A stretch of 64,000 nucleotides of DNA from an uncultured Gammaproteobacteria bacterium (GTDB lineage: Bacteria > Patescibacteriota > Microgenomatia > Daviesbacterales > UBA10151). The DNA lies in contig CAZVEX010000001.1 in the NCBI GenBank assembly GCA_964625535.1, positions 64,295 through 128,294 on the forward strand, read 5' to 3'. Every line of letters begins with the position of its first letter. The stretch's first letter is position 1. Positions 44,183 through 55,128 of this stretch are shown here, one piece after another. The notes beneath the pieces are model-generated. The model was not told where the DNA came from, ran no database searches, and saw only the letters and a program-made list of their open reading frames with translations. The position numbers and the translations under genes are program-made.

Positions 44183-44815
44183 CAAGCGTCTTGGAGTGAT
44201 TATTATAATATTGTGATTTATTTCCATATTGTAGCAATTATTTTCCTTTAAAATAATTTTTTCAATCTTAGCGATTGTTGGATAATCTTTTTTTCCCATA
44301 AACGCATCGGCATCATCTATTAAAATGACATGGCGTTTGATTTTGTGACTAAGAATAGAAGTAAGCTCTTCCCATACGGGAGTTTCCTTTATTCCTTTGA
44401 TTGTAATTCCTTTTGAATAATGAGCATCTAACCAAAATAGGCATGGCCTGTTTATTTTTTTTATAATTTTAGGTAACATAACCGAACTGTCTCCGTGTAT
44501 AATTTGTATAGTCTTAAATTTTTTAAATTTGCTTTTTGCGCGCTCGTATAATTTTCTGTCCAGTTCTATTGAATAAATCCGGGAAAAAATATTTTTATTA
44601 GCGCTTACAGTGGTTCCGAGGTAAGTGCCAGTCTCAATCAAAATTGACAACTTATATTTTGTTGCGTGGCTTTTAATTATTTCTTGTTTTATAAATTGGG
44701 GCGTATATTTATGATTACTTTCCAGAAACCACTCTATTTTTTGTAATATTTGCAAGACTGGATAAATGAGATCATATAGAAAGGTATATTTTAATTTCTC
44801 AAAAAATTTTTCCAT
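44174..44815 (-). CDS. SAM-dependent methyltransferase-like protein (class I fold, sugar O-methyltransferase candidate)
   Basis: ILIETGTYLGTTV (motif I-like), FWLDAHYSK, VILIDDADAF resemble TylF/FkbM-type MTases; 213 aa. Confidence 0.45.
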   Translation of the reverse strand: MEKFFEKLKYTFLYDLIYPVLQILQKIEWFLESNHKYTPQFIKQEIIKSHATKYKLSILIETGTYLGTTVSANKNIFSRIYSIELDRKLYERAKSKFKKFKTIQIIHGDSSVMLPKIIKKINRPCLFWLDAHYSKGITIKGIKETPVWEELTSILSHKIKRHVILIDDADAFMGKKDYPTIAKIEKIILKENNCYNMEINHNIIIITPRRLSK

Positions 44816-44879
44816 TTTTTGGTTGACTTTTGTTTAGTATATAATATAACAACTTTCAACTATTTTTGAGAATTGTAAC

Positions 44880-46646
44880 ATGATTACTGTTGGTTTTTAT
44901 AAGGGACATAATGCTACTGCCTGTATATTAAAGGATGGCAAAATAATTGCTGCAGTCTCTGAAGAGAGATTTAATCGGATCAAAAATGCCGACGTTTTTC
45001 CTATTGAGGCAATCAAGTTTTGTTTGAGGCAGGCAAACGTTAAAGCGCAGGATGTAGATTATTATGTCAGGACATATACGCATCCGGAGGGATTTGTCGC
45101 CTCATCCCGTGAAACAAGAATGCCGATGCTTATCCAACTATTAACTTATCTTTTAGTGTTTGCAAGAAAATTACTACTTATCTTTCCGCCTCTGATCTCT
45201 TTAGGCAGATTTTTACATGAGCTTATTTATACAAAGACTTTAACCCCTTGGTATCAAAATCAGTTTAGAAAAACTATGTCAGAATATTTGAAAATTGACA
45301 AAAATAAAATAATTTTTGCTGATCATCACACATGTCATGCGTATGCTGTATACTACGGATTTGTACCAGAGGAAAAACAAAATGAAGATTGGTTAGTGAT
45401 TACTTTAGATGGAGCAGGAGATGGGGACTGTGGAGGTGTTTGGGCAGTTGAGGATGGTAAGTGGAGCAGACTAGCTAAAACGCCGGCAGGCTCATCCATT
45501 GCGCTTTTTTATGGAATGATCACAAGATATTTAGGGATGAAGTTGAATGAGCATGAGTATAAAGTAATGGGTCTTGCCCCATATGTTTCTTCTCATGAAA
45601 TTTCCAAAGTTTATTCTTTATTTGAGGGATTATTTAGGACTGATGAAAATTTGGTTATGCATTCAAAGATTCTGTCTGGAGCACTTCTTGATTACTTTGA
45701 TACCATTTTAAGGCATAAACGCTTTGATGGTATAGCTGGTGCTGCCCAAAAGTATGTAGAAGATGTAGTTTCGGATTTAGTAGTAAAAGCTATTAAAAAA
45801 AGTGGTATAAAAAACCTAGCAGTTGCGGGAGGGTTTTTTATGAATGTAAAAGCTAATAAAAAGATTGCGGAACTCAAAGAAATTGGAGAGTTTATTCCCT
45901 GTCCTACCGCATCTGATGAGTCAACTGTTTTCGGAGCAGCATTCTTCGGATATGAGCTGCTATGCAAGCAAACAGATAAACCTTTCTCAACTGAGAATAT
46001 TAAGACTCTTTATCTGGGTCCAAAATTTTCAGATGCGGAGATAAGTGAAGTACTAAAGAAAAATAAACATTTACAAAGATATAGAGTTAAGAAATTTAAA
46101 GATATAGAGAAAAAGATAGCCTCACTTTTAGTAAAAGGTAAGATAGTCGGTAGATTTAAGGATAAAATGGAATGGGGAGCGAGAGCCTTGGGTAATAGAT
46201 CTATCTTTATGGATCCACGACGTAAGGATCTAATTATGAAATTAAATGAACAAATAAAATCCCGGGATTTTTGGATGCCTTTTGCAGCAAGCATTTTGGA
46301 TACTTGTGAAGAAAAATATATTGTAAACAGCAAAGGCATTAACGGCGAATTCATGATTTTAGGTTTTGATACAACTCGTAGGGGGAAGTCTGACTTGGCT
46401 GCTGCGATCCATCCCTACGATTTTACATGCAGGCCTCAAATTGTAAAAAAAGAGGCCAATCCTGATTATTACAACTTAATTAAATATTTTGAACAGGGAA
46501 CAGGAGTAGGTGCGATTTTAAACACATCTTTCAACCTGCACGGTGAGCCGATTGTTTGTGTCCCGCAGGATGCGATTAGTACCTTTGAAAGATGTGATCT
46601 AGAGTATTTAGCATTAGGAAGTTACCTGGTATGGAAAAAAAGATGA
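44880..46646 (+). CDS. NodU/CmcH-family O-carbamoyltransferase
   Basis: MITVGFYKGHNATACILKDGKIIAAVSEERFNRIKNADVFP is the hallmark N-terminus (Kae1/YgjD-like fold); 588 aa typical length. Confidence 0.85.
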   Translation: MITVGFYKGHNATACILKDGKIIAAVSEERFNRIKNADVFPIEAIKFCLRQANVKAQDVDYYVRTYTHPEGFVASSRETRMPMLIQLLTYLLVFARKLLLIFPPLISLGRFLHELIYTKTLTPWYQNQFRKTMSEYLKIDKNKIIFADHHTCHAYAVYYGFVPEEKQNEDWLVITLDGAGDGDCGGVWAVEDGKWSRLAKTPAGSSIALFYGMITRYLGMKLNEHEYKVMGLAPYVSSHEISKVYSLFEGLFRTDENLVMHSKILSGALLDYFDTILRHKRFDGIAGAAQKYVEDVVSDLVVKAIKKSGIKNLAVAGGFFMNVKANKKIAELKEIGEFIPCPTASDESTVFGAAFFGYELLCKQTDKPFSTENIKTLYLGPKFSDAEISEVLKKNKHLQRYRVKKFKDIEKKIASLLVKGKIVGRFKDKMEWGARALGNRSIFMDPRRKDLIMKLNEQIKSRDFWMPFAASILDTCEEKYIVNSKGINGEFMILGFDTTRRGKSDLAAAIHPYDFTCRPQIVKKEANPDYYNLIKYFEQGTGVGAILNTSFNLHGEPIVCVPQDAISTFERCDLEYLALGSYLVWKKR

Positions 46647-47338
46647 TTAAATTTTCAAAGAAATATAATTTATTTTTAACCTTCTTATTTTATGCATATG
46701 GCTTCTTAAATTCTTTGCTATTCAAGTTTCAACTTTCAGTAATTTATTATCATTACGAGAAAAAGATTTTAAACTTAATTAATAATCTTCGTTCAAGTGG
46801 AGACTTACTTCTTACAGTTGTAGAAAGCCTACAAGTGTATGAATGCGCGAGAAGTGCACAAAAAATAAAAGGGGATTTTGCAGAAGTTGGAGTTTATAGA
46901 GGAGGGAGTGCTGTAATCATTTCAGAGGTCAAAAAAGGAAAGAAGTTCCATCTTTTTGATACTTTTGAAGGGTTGCCTGATAATGAGAAAATAGATTCAC
47001 TTGTTGGGGATAATTCAATGGTAAGCAATCTGGATGAAGTGAAAAGTAAATTAAAAAGATACAAGAATGTCTATTTTTATAAAGGTTTATTTCCAAAAAC
47101 CGGGAATAAAATAAAAAAAGATAAATTTGCATTTGTGCATCTGGATGTTGATTTATACAGAAGTACAATCAATAGTTTAAAATTTTTCTACCCTAAAATG
47201 AGCAAAGGAGGAATCATACTTTCACATGATTATCCCTTTATGCCGGGAGTAAAAAGAGCTTTTGATGAGTTTTTTGAAAATAGAAGGGAATTAGTTTTAA
47301 AGCTTTCAGGAAATCAAGCTATTGTAATTAAAATATAA
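46643..47338 (+). CDS. TylF/MycF-family sugar O-methyltransferase
   Basis: GDFAEVGVYRGGSAVIISEV, FDTFEGLP, HLDVDLYRST, SKGGIILSHDY match the macrocin-O-MTase family; start at 46643 (ATGA overlap) or 46631. Confidence 0.75.
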   Translation: MIKFSKKYNLFLTFLFYAYGFLNSLLFKFQLSVIYYHYEKKILNLINNLRSSGDLLLTVVESLQVYECARSAQKIKGDFAEVGVYRGGSAVIISEVKKGKKFHLFDTFEGLPDNEKIDSLVGDNSMVSNLDEVKSKLKRYKNVYFYKGLFPKTGNKIKKDKFAFVHLDVDLYRSTINSLKFFYPKMSKGGIILSHDYPFMPGVKRAFDEFFENRRELVLKLSGNQAIVIKI

Positions 47339-47340
47339 TT

Positions 47341-48105
47341 ATGGAAAACTATGAAGCTTTAAATGCATTAGAGAATGCAGTTAACTCCATTAAGGATAAG
47401 AAGGATAGGGAATTTTCTCTAGATGCCTTTTCGGGGCATAAAAGGAGATACCTTAATGATTTAAATATTATAAGAAATTTTTATAAAGGGGGCAAAATAC
47501 TGGACATAGGTTCATCTCCATACCATATGCTATTTTTGCTCAAAAAACTTAAGTGGGATGTATATGGCATAGATATAAATCCTCAAATCTTAAGGAAATT
47601 TCAAGCACAGCACGGATTAAAAGTAAAAAGTTGCGATATAGAAAAAGAGAAAATCCCCTTTAAAGATGGTCAATTTTCTTTCATCATTTTTAATGAAGTG
47701 TTTGAGCATCTAAGGATAGATCCCCTTGCTGCAATATTAGAAGTTAAGAGAGTATTAAAAAAAGGAGGCATATTACTTTTAACAACCCCCAACCTTTACG
47801 CTTTACACAAGATTATAATGTTTAACACCGGTTTTAGTTTCAACAATGCTTTTTTTGAATTTAATAAAGTTAAAACTACCGGATATATGGGACACATAAG
47901 GGAATACTCAAATAAAGAAATAAAAGAAATACTGATAAATTCAGGATTTAGAGTTAAATACACAAATTTTGAAAATTATAATAATTTTTCAAATGTTCAT
48001 TTTTTGAAGAGATTTCCTTTAAATATCCTTGTGCTGCTTTTTGATTTTATATTAAAAATCATTCCTCCATTTAGACAGTATCAGATTGTTGTTGCAATTA
48101 AATGA
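47341..48105 (+). CDS. Class I SAM-dependent methyltransferase
   Basis: ILDIGSSPYHMLFLL (motif I), VYGIDINP, GILLLTTPNLYALH. Confidence 0.7.
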   Translation: MENYEALNALENAVNSIKDKKDREFSLDAFSGHKRRYLNDLNIIRNFYKGGKILDIGSSPYHMLFLLKKLKWDVYGIDINPQILRKFQAQHGLKVKSCDIEKEKIPFKDGQFSFIIFNEVFEHLRIDPLAAILEVKRVLKKGGILLLTTPNLYALHKIIMFNTGFSFNNAFFEFNKVKTTGYMGHIREYSNKEIKEILINSGFRVKYTNFENYNNFSNVHFLKRFPLNILVLLFDFILKIIPPFRQYQIVVAIK

Positions 48106-48112
48106 AAATAAT

Positions 48113-49183
48113 ATGAAAATCAAAAGAAGAAATCATCCTTTAGTTTCGGTTTTGATTTTAACTTACAATAGGACGGATCTTTTAAAGATGTGTCTGGACA
48201 GCGCCTTAAAATCTAACTACCCAAATTCGGAATTTATTGTTTCCGATAATGCTTCACAGGATGATATAGCGGGATTTATCAGAAAAACTTACCCCCAAAA
48301 AAAGATTAGAGTTTACAAGAAAAAGAAGAACGGTGGTTTAACAGGGGGATTTAATTTTGGCTATCAATATTGTCGGGGGAAATACGTCATGTTGCTTTGT
48401 AATGATACCACCATCGCCAAGAAATCAATTTCCGAGATGGTCAAAATGGCGGAAAATGATCCAAAAATTGGCGCGATTGCTCCGAAAGTGACACAGATGA
48501 GACATCACGGTTATATCCACAGCGCTGGTAGCTTTCTAACTTCCAGTGGCCTGCTTTACCATTATGGAGTCTATCAAAAAGATGGTAAAAAATACCAAAA
48601 AAGTTATTATATTTTCAGTACAACAGGAGCAGGATTTCTCGTTAGAAGCGAAACTATAGCAAAGACCGGACTTTACACTGAGGATTTTTTTATGGCATAT
48701 GATGAGAGTGACCTGTGTCATCGCATTTGGCTTGCCGGGTACACAGTTGTTTATTGTCCCAAGGCGGAAGTTAAACATATGTGGAGCGCCACCATGCAGG
48801 TTATGAGTAACCCCGCAATTTGGTTTTGGAACCAAAGAAACGTAAATAGTTCCTTTATCTACAATTTTCAGTTGCGATATCTATGGCGATTTTTAATTAG
48901 CATTAATCTGGCGTTTATATTTTTTTCCATCTACAGACTTTTTAGCAGGCAAAGGGTATTTTCGGCAACTATTATCCAGGCATATTTATGGCACATTTTT
49001 CATATCAGACAAACACTGAAGAAACGGAAAATTATACAAAAAAAGAGAATTGTTTCAGACCGGGAAATTTTCCAAAAAGCCATGGTAAATCCTGACTTGG
49101 GATACTATCTAATCCATTTCCGGAAAAAATATTCGGATATGGAACTGCCAAAAAGAATAATCTACAACCTCAAATCTCCTTGA
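48113..49183 (+). CDS. GT2 glycosyltransferase with C-terminal membrane segments
   Basis: LVSVLILTYNRTDLLKMCLDSAL ... EFIVSDNASQDD ... YDESDLC; C-terminal hydrophobic LWRFLISINLAFIFFSIYRLF; start 48113 or 48086. Confidence 0.8.
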   Translation: MKIKRRNHPLVSVLILTYNRTDLLKMCLDSALKSNYPNSEFIVSDNASQDDIAGFIRKTYPQKKIRVYKKKKNGGLTGGFNFGYQYCRGKYVMLLCNDTTIAKKSISEMVKMAENDPKIGAIAPKVTQMRHHGYIHSAGSFLTSSGLLYHYGVYQKDGKKYQKSYYIFSTTGAGFLVRSETIAKTGLYTEDFFMAYDESDLCHRIWLAGYTVVYCPKAEVKHMWSATMQVMSNPAIWFWNQRNVNSSFIYNFQLRYLWRFLISINLAFIFFSIYRLFSRQRVFSATIIQAYLWHIFHIRQTLKKRKIIQKKRIVSDREIFQKAMVNPDLGYYLIHFRKKYSDMELPKRIIYNLKSP

Positions 49184-50333
49184 AGGCTTTGTCAAGAATA
49201 AAATTCAGGTCGTATTTTTTTGACAACTTTATGGCGTTTGTTTTATATTTTAAATAATTCTTTTTGCTGTTTAATATTTTTTCTACGGCTTTTACAAAAT
49301 CAATCTCACTGTAGTCAATGACTATTCCCGACTTCGTTTTTGAAATTTGGGAAGCAATTGTAGTCACTATTGTTGTTATGACCGGTAATCCGCAAATAAG
49401 ATATAGTTTTATCTTAGACGGATCAGATTTATAACTTACGCTCTCTTTAAGCGGAGCATAAGGCGCAAGGCCGATGCTTGATCTGGCAACTATATTTATC
49501 AGTTTGTAATAGTCTTCAATAAAACCTAAGAACTCCACATGATTTGAGATATTTAATTCTTTTATTAATCTCTTTAATTCTTTTTCGTAATAACCAGACC
49601 CAATAATAGTAAGCTTTATTTTGGAAAATTTAGTAATAAGTTTGGGGATTGATTTAATCACAAGTTGTAGACCTGCCCATTCCAGTAATCCGCCTGTAAA
49701 AATTATTCTAAAGTAATTAATCCTATCAATCGGCATGGGTTTAATTTCTGACCTGTCATAACCGATAGGAACAATTGAAAATTGTGAGAATTGGTTTAGG
49801 GGACCATAATTTGCCTTTCTTGCATTGATTTGTTCTTTAGTAACTACCCAATTAATATCTGAATATCTGCATGAAGCTTTGTCAATTAAGTAGTAAAGAT
49901 TATTCATTATTCTGTTGTTAAAACGCTTATTTGTGTAATCTATTGAATAATAAACTAAATTATTGATTAGGCCGATTTTCCTAAAGATTAAGGTTGAAAT
50001 TAGGGATAAATTTTCACAGGCAATGCAGATATCGAATCTAGAGAAAGATCTGACGATGAAGTATGAGGAAAGTAAGAAGTGGTATATAAATTGCAGCCAA
50101 TCAGGTCCTTTAATATTTGCAACCTTCTTTTGATAAACAAGTGTGCCTCTTTTAAAAATGCTTAGAAAAGAATATTGGATTTGAGCATGCGGGAAAGGGT
50201 GTTCAATATAAACAACCGTATCCGTTCTTTTTAGTAAGTATTTAAGAATTCCTGGAGCAGCCGGACCCTGGTTTGTCCTGATTACAAAATGCGTTAAAAG
50301 TAAAGTTTTTGTACTATCTTTTTTTATTTGCAT
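49170..50333 (-). CDS. GT4-like (GT-B) glycosyltransferase
   Basis: C-terminal [52 protein letters not shown] resembles GT4 E-x7-E region; 14-bp overlap with convergent GT2. Confidence 0.55.
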   Translation of the reverse strand: MQIKKDSTKTLLLTHFVIRTNQGPAAPGILKYLLKRTDTVVYIEHPFPHAQIQYSFLSIFKRGTLVYQKKVANIKGPDWLQFIYHFLLSSYFIVRSFSRFDICIACENLSLISTLIFRKIGLINNLVYYSIDYTNKRFNNRIMNNLYYLIDKASCRYSDINWVVTKEQINARKANYGPLNQFSQFSIVPIGYDRSEIKPMPIDRINYFRIIFTGGLLEWAGLQLVIKSIPKLITKFSKIKLTIIGSGYYEKELKRLIKELNISNHVEFLGFIEDYYKLINIVARSSIGLAPYAPLKESVSYKSDPSKIKLYLICGLPVITTIVTTIASQISKTKSGIVIDYSEIDFVKAVEKILNSKKNYLKYKTNAIKLSKKYDLNFILDKAFKEI

Positions 50334-51276
50334 GCCTTTGATTTTTCAGATACCAGTCAATGGTTTGTTGCAAGCCTTTTTCAAAAGTTGTTTTTGCAGA
50401 AAAACCAAATTCTGATTTTGCTTTTTCTACATTAAGAAACCTTCTTGGTTGTCCATCCGGTTTGGTTTTGTCATAAATGATTTTTGCTTCAAAGCCGATT
50501 AATCTGCATATTAACTGCGTTAAATTTTTAATAGAGATTTCAAAGCCTGAACCTAAATTAACAGGTTCCGGTTTATTATATTTTTCAGCCGCTAAAATTA
50601 TTCCTTTCGCAGCGTCTTCTACAAATAGAAATTCCCGGGTAGGTTTTCCAGTCCCCCAAATTGTAATTGTTTTTTGGCCACCATTTTTTGCATCAATGAT
50701 TTTTCTTATGAGGGCAGGTATTACATGAGAATCTTTCGGATCAAAATTATCACCGGGTCCGTATAAATTTACCGGTAGAAGATAAATTGAATTGAAGTTA
50801 TACTGCTTTCTGTAAGCCTGGGATTGCACCAGAAGCATTTTTTTTGCAAGGCCATAAGGAGCATTTGTTTCTTCAGGATACCCATCCCATAAATCTTCTT
50901 CTCTAAATGGGATCTTAGTAAACTTCGGATAAGCGCATATTGTCCCAATTGCAACGAATTTTTTTACTTTAGCTTTTCTTGCTTCTTCCATTAACTGTAC
51001 ACCCATTATTATGTTGTCATAAAAAAGTTTTCCTGGATATTTTTGGTTATAACCTATGCCGCCTACATTTCCTGCTAGGTGAATTACGATGTCAGTATCC
51101 TTAACAACTTTTTTGCAGTTTGCTTTAAACCTTAAGTCAAAATCTTTAGAGCGCGGGATGATAATTTTTTTTGGATTTAATTTTTTGAGCTTATTGATTA
51201 CATGGATTCCTAAAAAACCACCCCCTCCAGTGACAGTTACTGTTTTTCCTTTCCAGAAAGAACTGATTTTTTTCAT
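50314..51276 (-). CDS. GDP-L-fucose synthase-like 3,5-epimerase/4-reductase (Fcl/WcaG/ColC-like)
   Basis: [18 protein letters not shown]; [15 protein letters not shown]; [28 protein letters not shown] is the Fcl signature. Confidence 0.75.
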   Translation of the reverse strand: MKKISSFWKGKTVTVTGGGGFLGIHVINKLKKLNPKKIIIPRSKDFDLRFKANCKKVVKDTDIVIHLAGNVGGIGYNQKYPGKLFYDNIIMGVQLMEEARKAKVKKFVAIGTICAYPKFTKIPFREEDLWDGYPEETNAPYGLAKKMLLVQSQAYRKQYNFNSIYLLPVNLYGPGDNFDPKDSHVIPALIRKIIDAKNGGQKTITIWGTGKPTREFLFVEDAAKGIILAAEKYNKPEPVNLGSGFEISIKNLTQLICRLIGFEAKIIYDKTKPDGQPRRFLNVEKAKSEFGFSAKTTFEKGLQQTIDWYLKNQRHANKKR

Positions 51277-51320
51277 TGGTCGCTGAAAATTTTATCATAG
51301 GAGTATATAATTTACTAGCT

Positions 51321-53993
51321 ATGAGACAGGTCCTGTTTTTGATTATTTTATGTTTAACCCTGACCTTTATTTGGTTTCATAAGGGCTTAGTATTTGCCGG
51401 CGGAGAAGAAGGCATGCCATTTTACGATCTTGAAAAAACAGTAAGATATTATTCATCGGTTTGGCATGAATCAGGTACAGGATTTCCAGCAGTTAATGAA
51501 CAAAGAATTCCCATATTTAGTTTTCTTAGGATGTTTTACCAAGTAGGTATTCCGGGATTTGTGCTTCAGGCTTTCCTGTTTTTCTTATTGATGAGTATTG
51601 GCACTGTTTCAGTATATTTTTTAATAAAAGAAACAATTACAGCAGATCATAAGTATCTTCCACTGATTGGGGGAATATTTTATCTTCTTAATCCTTTTTC
51701 CATGACTCAAATTTGGGGAAGAGGACTCTATATGCAATTTTTCCCTTTTGCTCTTTTCCCGCTTTTTTTAATTTTGTTTATTTTAGGTTTGAAAAGAAAG
51801 AATTTTTTGTACGGGATTGCAGCTTTGATTTCTTCTGTTGTGTTTTCGGCGGCTTTTGACAATATTAGTTATGCTCTATCTCTTTGGCTTGTTATCTTCC
51901 TTTACGGTCTTTTTCACCTGATTAAACATTTTAATAAAAAAGAGATTATTTTTACTGTTGCATTTTTTACATTTCTGTTTTTAGGTTGGATTTTGTTACA
52001 TCTTTTTTGGATCCTGCCTTTTCTTGCTCTTTCCACCCAGCCTTATGCGGGTATAACAGAGAACCCGGAGCAGGGATTAGGTAGTTTAAGGGGTGTCAGT
52101 AGACAATACCCTTTGCATGTTTTGATAAGACTGATGCACAGCGGCTATTTTTTTGAGGATTTATACGGAAAAATTTATTCTGGTTTTATATTTGGTTTGA
52201 TCAGCTGGATTATTCCGCTGGTTTCACTTTTTTCCATCAAACAATTTAAAAAACTTTCCCATTTTTGGTTTTTTACCCCCCTTTTTCTTATTGGATTGTT
52301 TATCAGTTTAGGATCTAATTTCCCGTCGGGTTGGTTGTTCGAAGTACTGTTTAAATACATGCCCTTTTTCCAGATGTTCAGAAACCCTTTTGAAAAATTC
52401 GGTTTGGTTTTTTTAATTGCGTATGTGCCGTTTTTCTCTCTGGGAGCTTTAATAGTTGCTCAAAAAATTGGACATATCTTTAAAAAAGAAACAGCCAGAT
52501 TTCTAAGTCTTGCGATAATTATCGTGTTAGTTTGTGGAATCTATGTTTGGCCGATGTGGACAGGGATATTTGCGGGAGGCTATAGACTGAATCCATGGGT
52601 TAAAGTGCCGGATGATTATAAAGAAATGGAAAAGTGGCTGGATGGAAATTCGGAAGATTATAGAGTCTTTATGACCCCCATCTGGAGTGGTGATGGAACA
52701 TTCTACCAGTGGGGCAATACAAGATTTCAAGGGACTGACCCAATGATATATCTTATTAACCAACCGGCGGTTTCTTACAGCAGCCAGGTGCCTGGTTTTC
52801 TTTCAAGTATGCGGAAAAATATGGAGAGGATCAATCTGGCTCCATCTCTTGCGCTTTTTCAAGCCAAATACCTAATAGACCGGGTTGATGCGGTAATGAT
52901 CACAGAGGCTGAAAAACAGCACAGTAAGTTTTTAACAAGATTTGTGTATCCGCCTATGGGAATAAACTTAAGTACTCAAAAAGTTTGCCAAGACAAATAC
53001 GCGGATTCTAAAGCAAACGGCGTTGCTTGGATAACTTGTCAAATATCAGGTACCAATAGAGATTGGAGTAAAATAAAGTATGCGCATTTTGAGATTAAAA
53101 CAGATGTGCCGGCCTTTTTGGAAATTGCACTTAGAGATCAAGACGGGATTAGGATCAGGTGGTATGGTCCTGCTGATGCAGAATATCAAACAAACAATAA
53201 TGAATGGACAGTTGTGACCATTCCTTTAAGCGCGCCTACAGAATATAATCAGGCAATAAATTTTTCTAAAGTAGATTTAATAGAAATATTTGCCCATCCA
53301 ATATATTCCCCCCAGACCAGTGTGGGAGAAATCTTCCTTAAAGATATTATATTGGATCCTGGCAAAGAGGAGAAAACGCAAAGTTTTCACTTAGTTAATA
53401 CATTCGGCAAGCTACAAGTTTATGAGCCTTTCAACTTTAATTCTCCCCCTGAATTTGGTAGTTTATCATCGCTTAACTTGGTTCAGGACTTTGCGCAGTT
53501 GTTTGAGGAAGTAAACAGACAAATAGGTCAGCTTGATACAATAGGGTATATCTTAGCAACACAAAACAGCAGGAAAAATTTGCAGGAATTACCCTCTGAT
53601 GGTATCCTGCAGGTTATAGATAAAGATAAGATTTCTGATTCCAGATATTGGCTGGAGGTGAATAAAGGTGATGGTAACGGGTTGATTATTCTTAGTAAAA
53701 CATTTAATTCTCAGTGGAAAGTAATCCCCGGGATCAGCAAAGATCAGCTTAGCGGTAAATTTTTTGATAATTTGGTTCTTATTAGGGAAGCAGTATTGCC
53801 AGAAGACCAGCATTTTGCAGTTAATGGCTATGCAAATTTATGGAAAGTGAGCGAGCAAGATTCACAATATGCGATTGTATTCATGCCTCAAATTTTTGCC
53901 GATATTGGTTGGAAAGTATCTATTTTCAGTATAATATTGTTAGGTGGAGTTACATTAGTATGGGTTCTAAAAAAATATACATTTTTGCACTAG
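51321..53993 (+). CDS. Giant polytopic membrane protein with ~450-aa extracytoplasmic C-terminal domain (GT-C-like; DUF3367/AftD-like?), paralog A
   Basis: Start at ATG 51321 (MRQVLFLIIL); conserved with paralogs B/C: GGEEGMPFYDL, MFRNPFEKFGLVFLIAYVPFFSLG, VWPMWTGIFAGGY; C-terminal TM anchor. Confidence 0.5.
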   Translation: MRQVLFLIILCLTLTFIWFHKGLVFAGGEEGMPFYDLEKTVRYYSSVWHESGTGFPAVNEQRIPIFSFLRMFYQVGIPGFVLQAFLFFLLMSIGTVSVYFLIKETITADHKYLPLIGGIFYLLNPFSMTQIWGRGLYMQFFPFALFPLFLILFILGLKRKNFLYGIAALISSVVFSAAFDNISYALSLWLVIFLYGLFHLIKHFNKKEIIFTVAFFTFLFLGWILLHLFWILPFLALSTQPYAGITENPEQGLGSLRGVSRQYPLHVLIRLMHSGYFFEDLYGKIYSGFIFGLISWIIPLVSLFSIKQFKKLSHFWFFTPLFLIGLFISLGSNFPSGWLFEVLFKYMPFFQMFRNPFEKFGLVFLIAYVPFFSLGALIVAQKIGHIFKKETARFLSLAIIIVLVCGIYVWPMWTGIFAGGYRLNPWVKVPDDYKEMEKWLDGNSEDYRVFMTPIWSGDGTFYQWGNTRFQGTDPMIYLINQPAVSYSSQVPGFLSSMRKNMERINLAPSLALFQAKYLIDRVDAVMITEAEKQHSKFLTRFVYPPMGINLSTQKVCQDKYADSKANGVAWITCQISGTNRDWSKIKYAHFEIKTDVPAFLEIALRDQDGIRIRWYGPADAEYQTNNNEWTVVTIPLSAPTEYNQAINFSKVDLIEIFAHPIYSPQTSVGEIFLKDIILDPGKEEKTQSFHLVNTFGKLQVYEPFNFNSPPEFGSLSSLNLVQDFAQLFEEVNRQIGQLDTIGYILATQNSRKNLQELPSDGILQVIDKDKISDSRYWLEVNKGDGNGLIILSKTFNSQWKVIPGISKDQLSGKFFDNLVLIREAVLPEDQHFAVNGYANLWKVSEQDSQYAIVFMPQIFADIGWKVSIFSIILLGGVTLVWVLKKYTFLH

Positions 53994-55120
53994 CTGCAGC
54001 AGGTCAGGGGATTTCTGGCGGAGATAGAATCTTCATTGAATTTGCCAAGAATTGGAGTAAAAGATTTCCCGTCACAATTTATCTCTGGGAGGAAGGATAC
54101 CAGATGTGTAAAAGAGCACATTTGGATTCTCACATCAAATTTCTAATTTCTAAAATGGGGCCATGGAAGAATTTTGGATTTTTCATAAATTATATTGCTA
54201 GAATCATTGAAGGAGTAAGACTTGGGTTAACCTTAAAAATTGAAGATCCTGAAAATACCATGGTATATTCGGCTTCGGAATTTTGGATGGATTCCTTGGC
54301 GGCGTTTATTTTAAAGTTGAGGTATCAAAAAATAGTATGGGCAGCAGCCTGGTATCAAACAGCGCCCAATCCGTTAGAAGGGTTTTCCGGCTTTCTACCT
54401 TATTGGTTAGTTCAACTCCCAATAAAACCTCTGATTGATAGATTTGCCAATTTTGTTTTGGTAAATAATGATCTTGAGAAGAAGGTATTTAAAAAACTAG
54501 ACAGGGAAAACAAAGCTATTGTAGTTTTAGGAGCAATAGATCTTAAGGAAATAAAAAAGTGGCAAAAGATTATAGGTAAAAAGGAGAAAATTTACGATTG
54601 TGTATTTCAGGGAAGATTTCATCCGCAAAAAGGAGTTTTGGAGATGATTGATATTTGGGCAAGAGTGATAGGATTTAAAAAAGATGCAAAACTTATAATG
54701 ATAGGAGATGGACCGCTAATGCAAAGGGTAAAGGATAAAGTGAAAAGGGAAAAGTTAGAAAAAAATATAGAGCTGACAGGATACTTATTTGATGGAGAGG
54801 AAAAATATAAAATATTTGTTCAAAGTAAGATAGTGGTGCATCCTGCTATTTTTGATTCCGGAGGGATGGCTTCGGCAGAGGCCATGGCTTTCGGTCTGCC
54901 TGCTGTTGGATTTAATTTGAGCGCTTATCAATACTACTATCCAAAAGGAATGATTAAAGTTCCGATCAAAGATTTAGACGCTTTTGCCAAAGAAATTATA
55001 ATGTTACTATCAGATGAAAAATTTTACAAAAAAGTGAGCAAAGAAGTTTTGCAGTTTATAAACGATACATGGAGCTGGGAATATAGATCTCGTCAAATAC
55101 TCCAGGCGGTGTTAAAATAA
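53960..55120 (+). CDS. GT4-family glycosyltransferase
   Basis: Start at ATG 53960 with GGTGGAG 9 nt upstream; C-terminal GGMASAEAMAFGLPAVGFNL and GRFHPQKG motifs. Confidence 0.8.
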   Translation: MGSKKIYIFALAAAGQGISGGDRIFIEFAKNWSKRFPVTIYLWEEGYQMCKRAHLDSHIKFLISKMGPWKNFGFFINYIARIIEGVRLGLTLKIEDPENTMVYSASEFWMDSLAAFILKLRYQKIVWAAAWYQTAPNPLEGFSGFLPYWLVQLPIKPLIDRFANFVLVNNDLEKKVFKKLDRENKAIVVLGAIDLKEIKKWQKIIGKKEKIYDCVFQGRFHPQKGVLEMIDIWARVIGFKKDAKLIMIGDGPLMQRVKDKVKREKLEKNIELTGYLFDGEEKYKIFVQSKIVVHPAIFDSGGMASAEAMAFGLPAVGFNLSAYQYYYPKGMIKVPIKDLDAFAKEIIMLLSDEKFYKKVSKEVLQFINDTWSWEYRSRQILQAVLK

Positions 55121-55128
55121 CTTCTTAT

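Noticed and set aside
44823-44845. TTGACT ... TATAAT pair in the 44816..44879 divergent spacer as a canonical sigma70 promoter
   Set aside because: Spacer between the hexamers is about 11 nt, far from the 16-18 nt optimum; kept only as an AT-rich promoter region, not a called feature.
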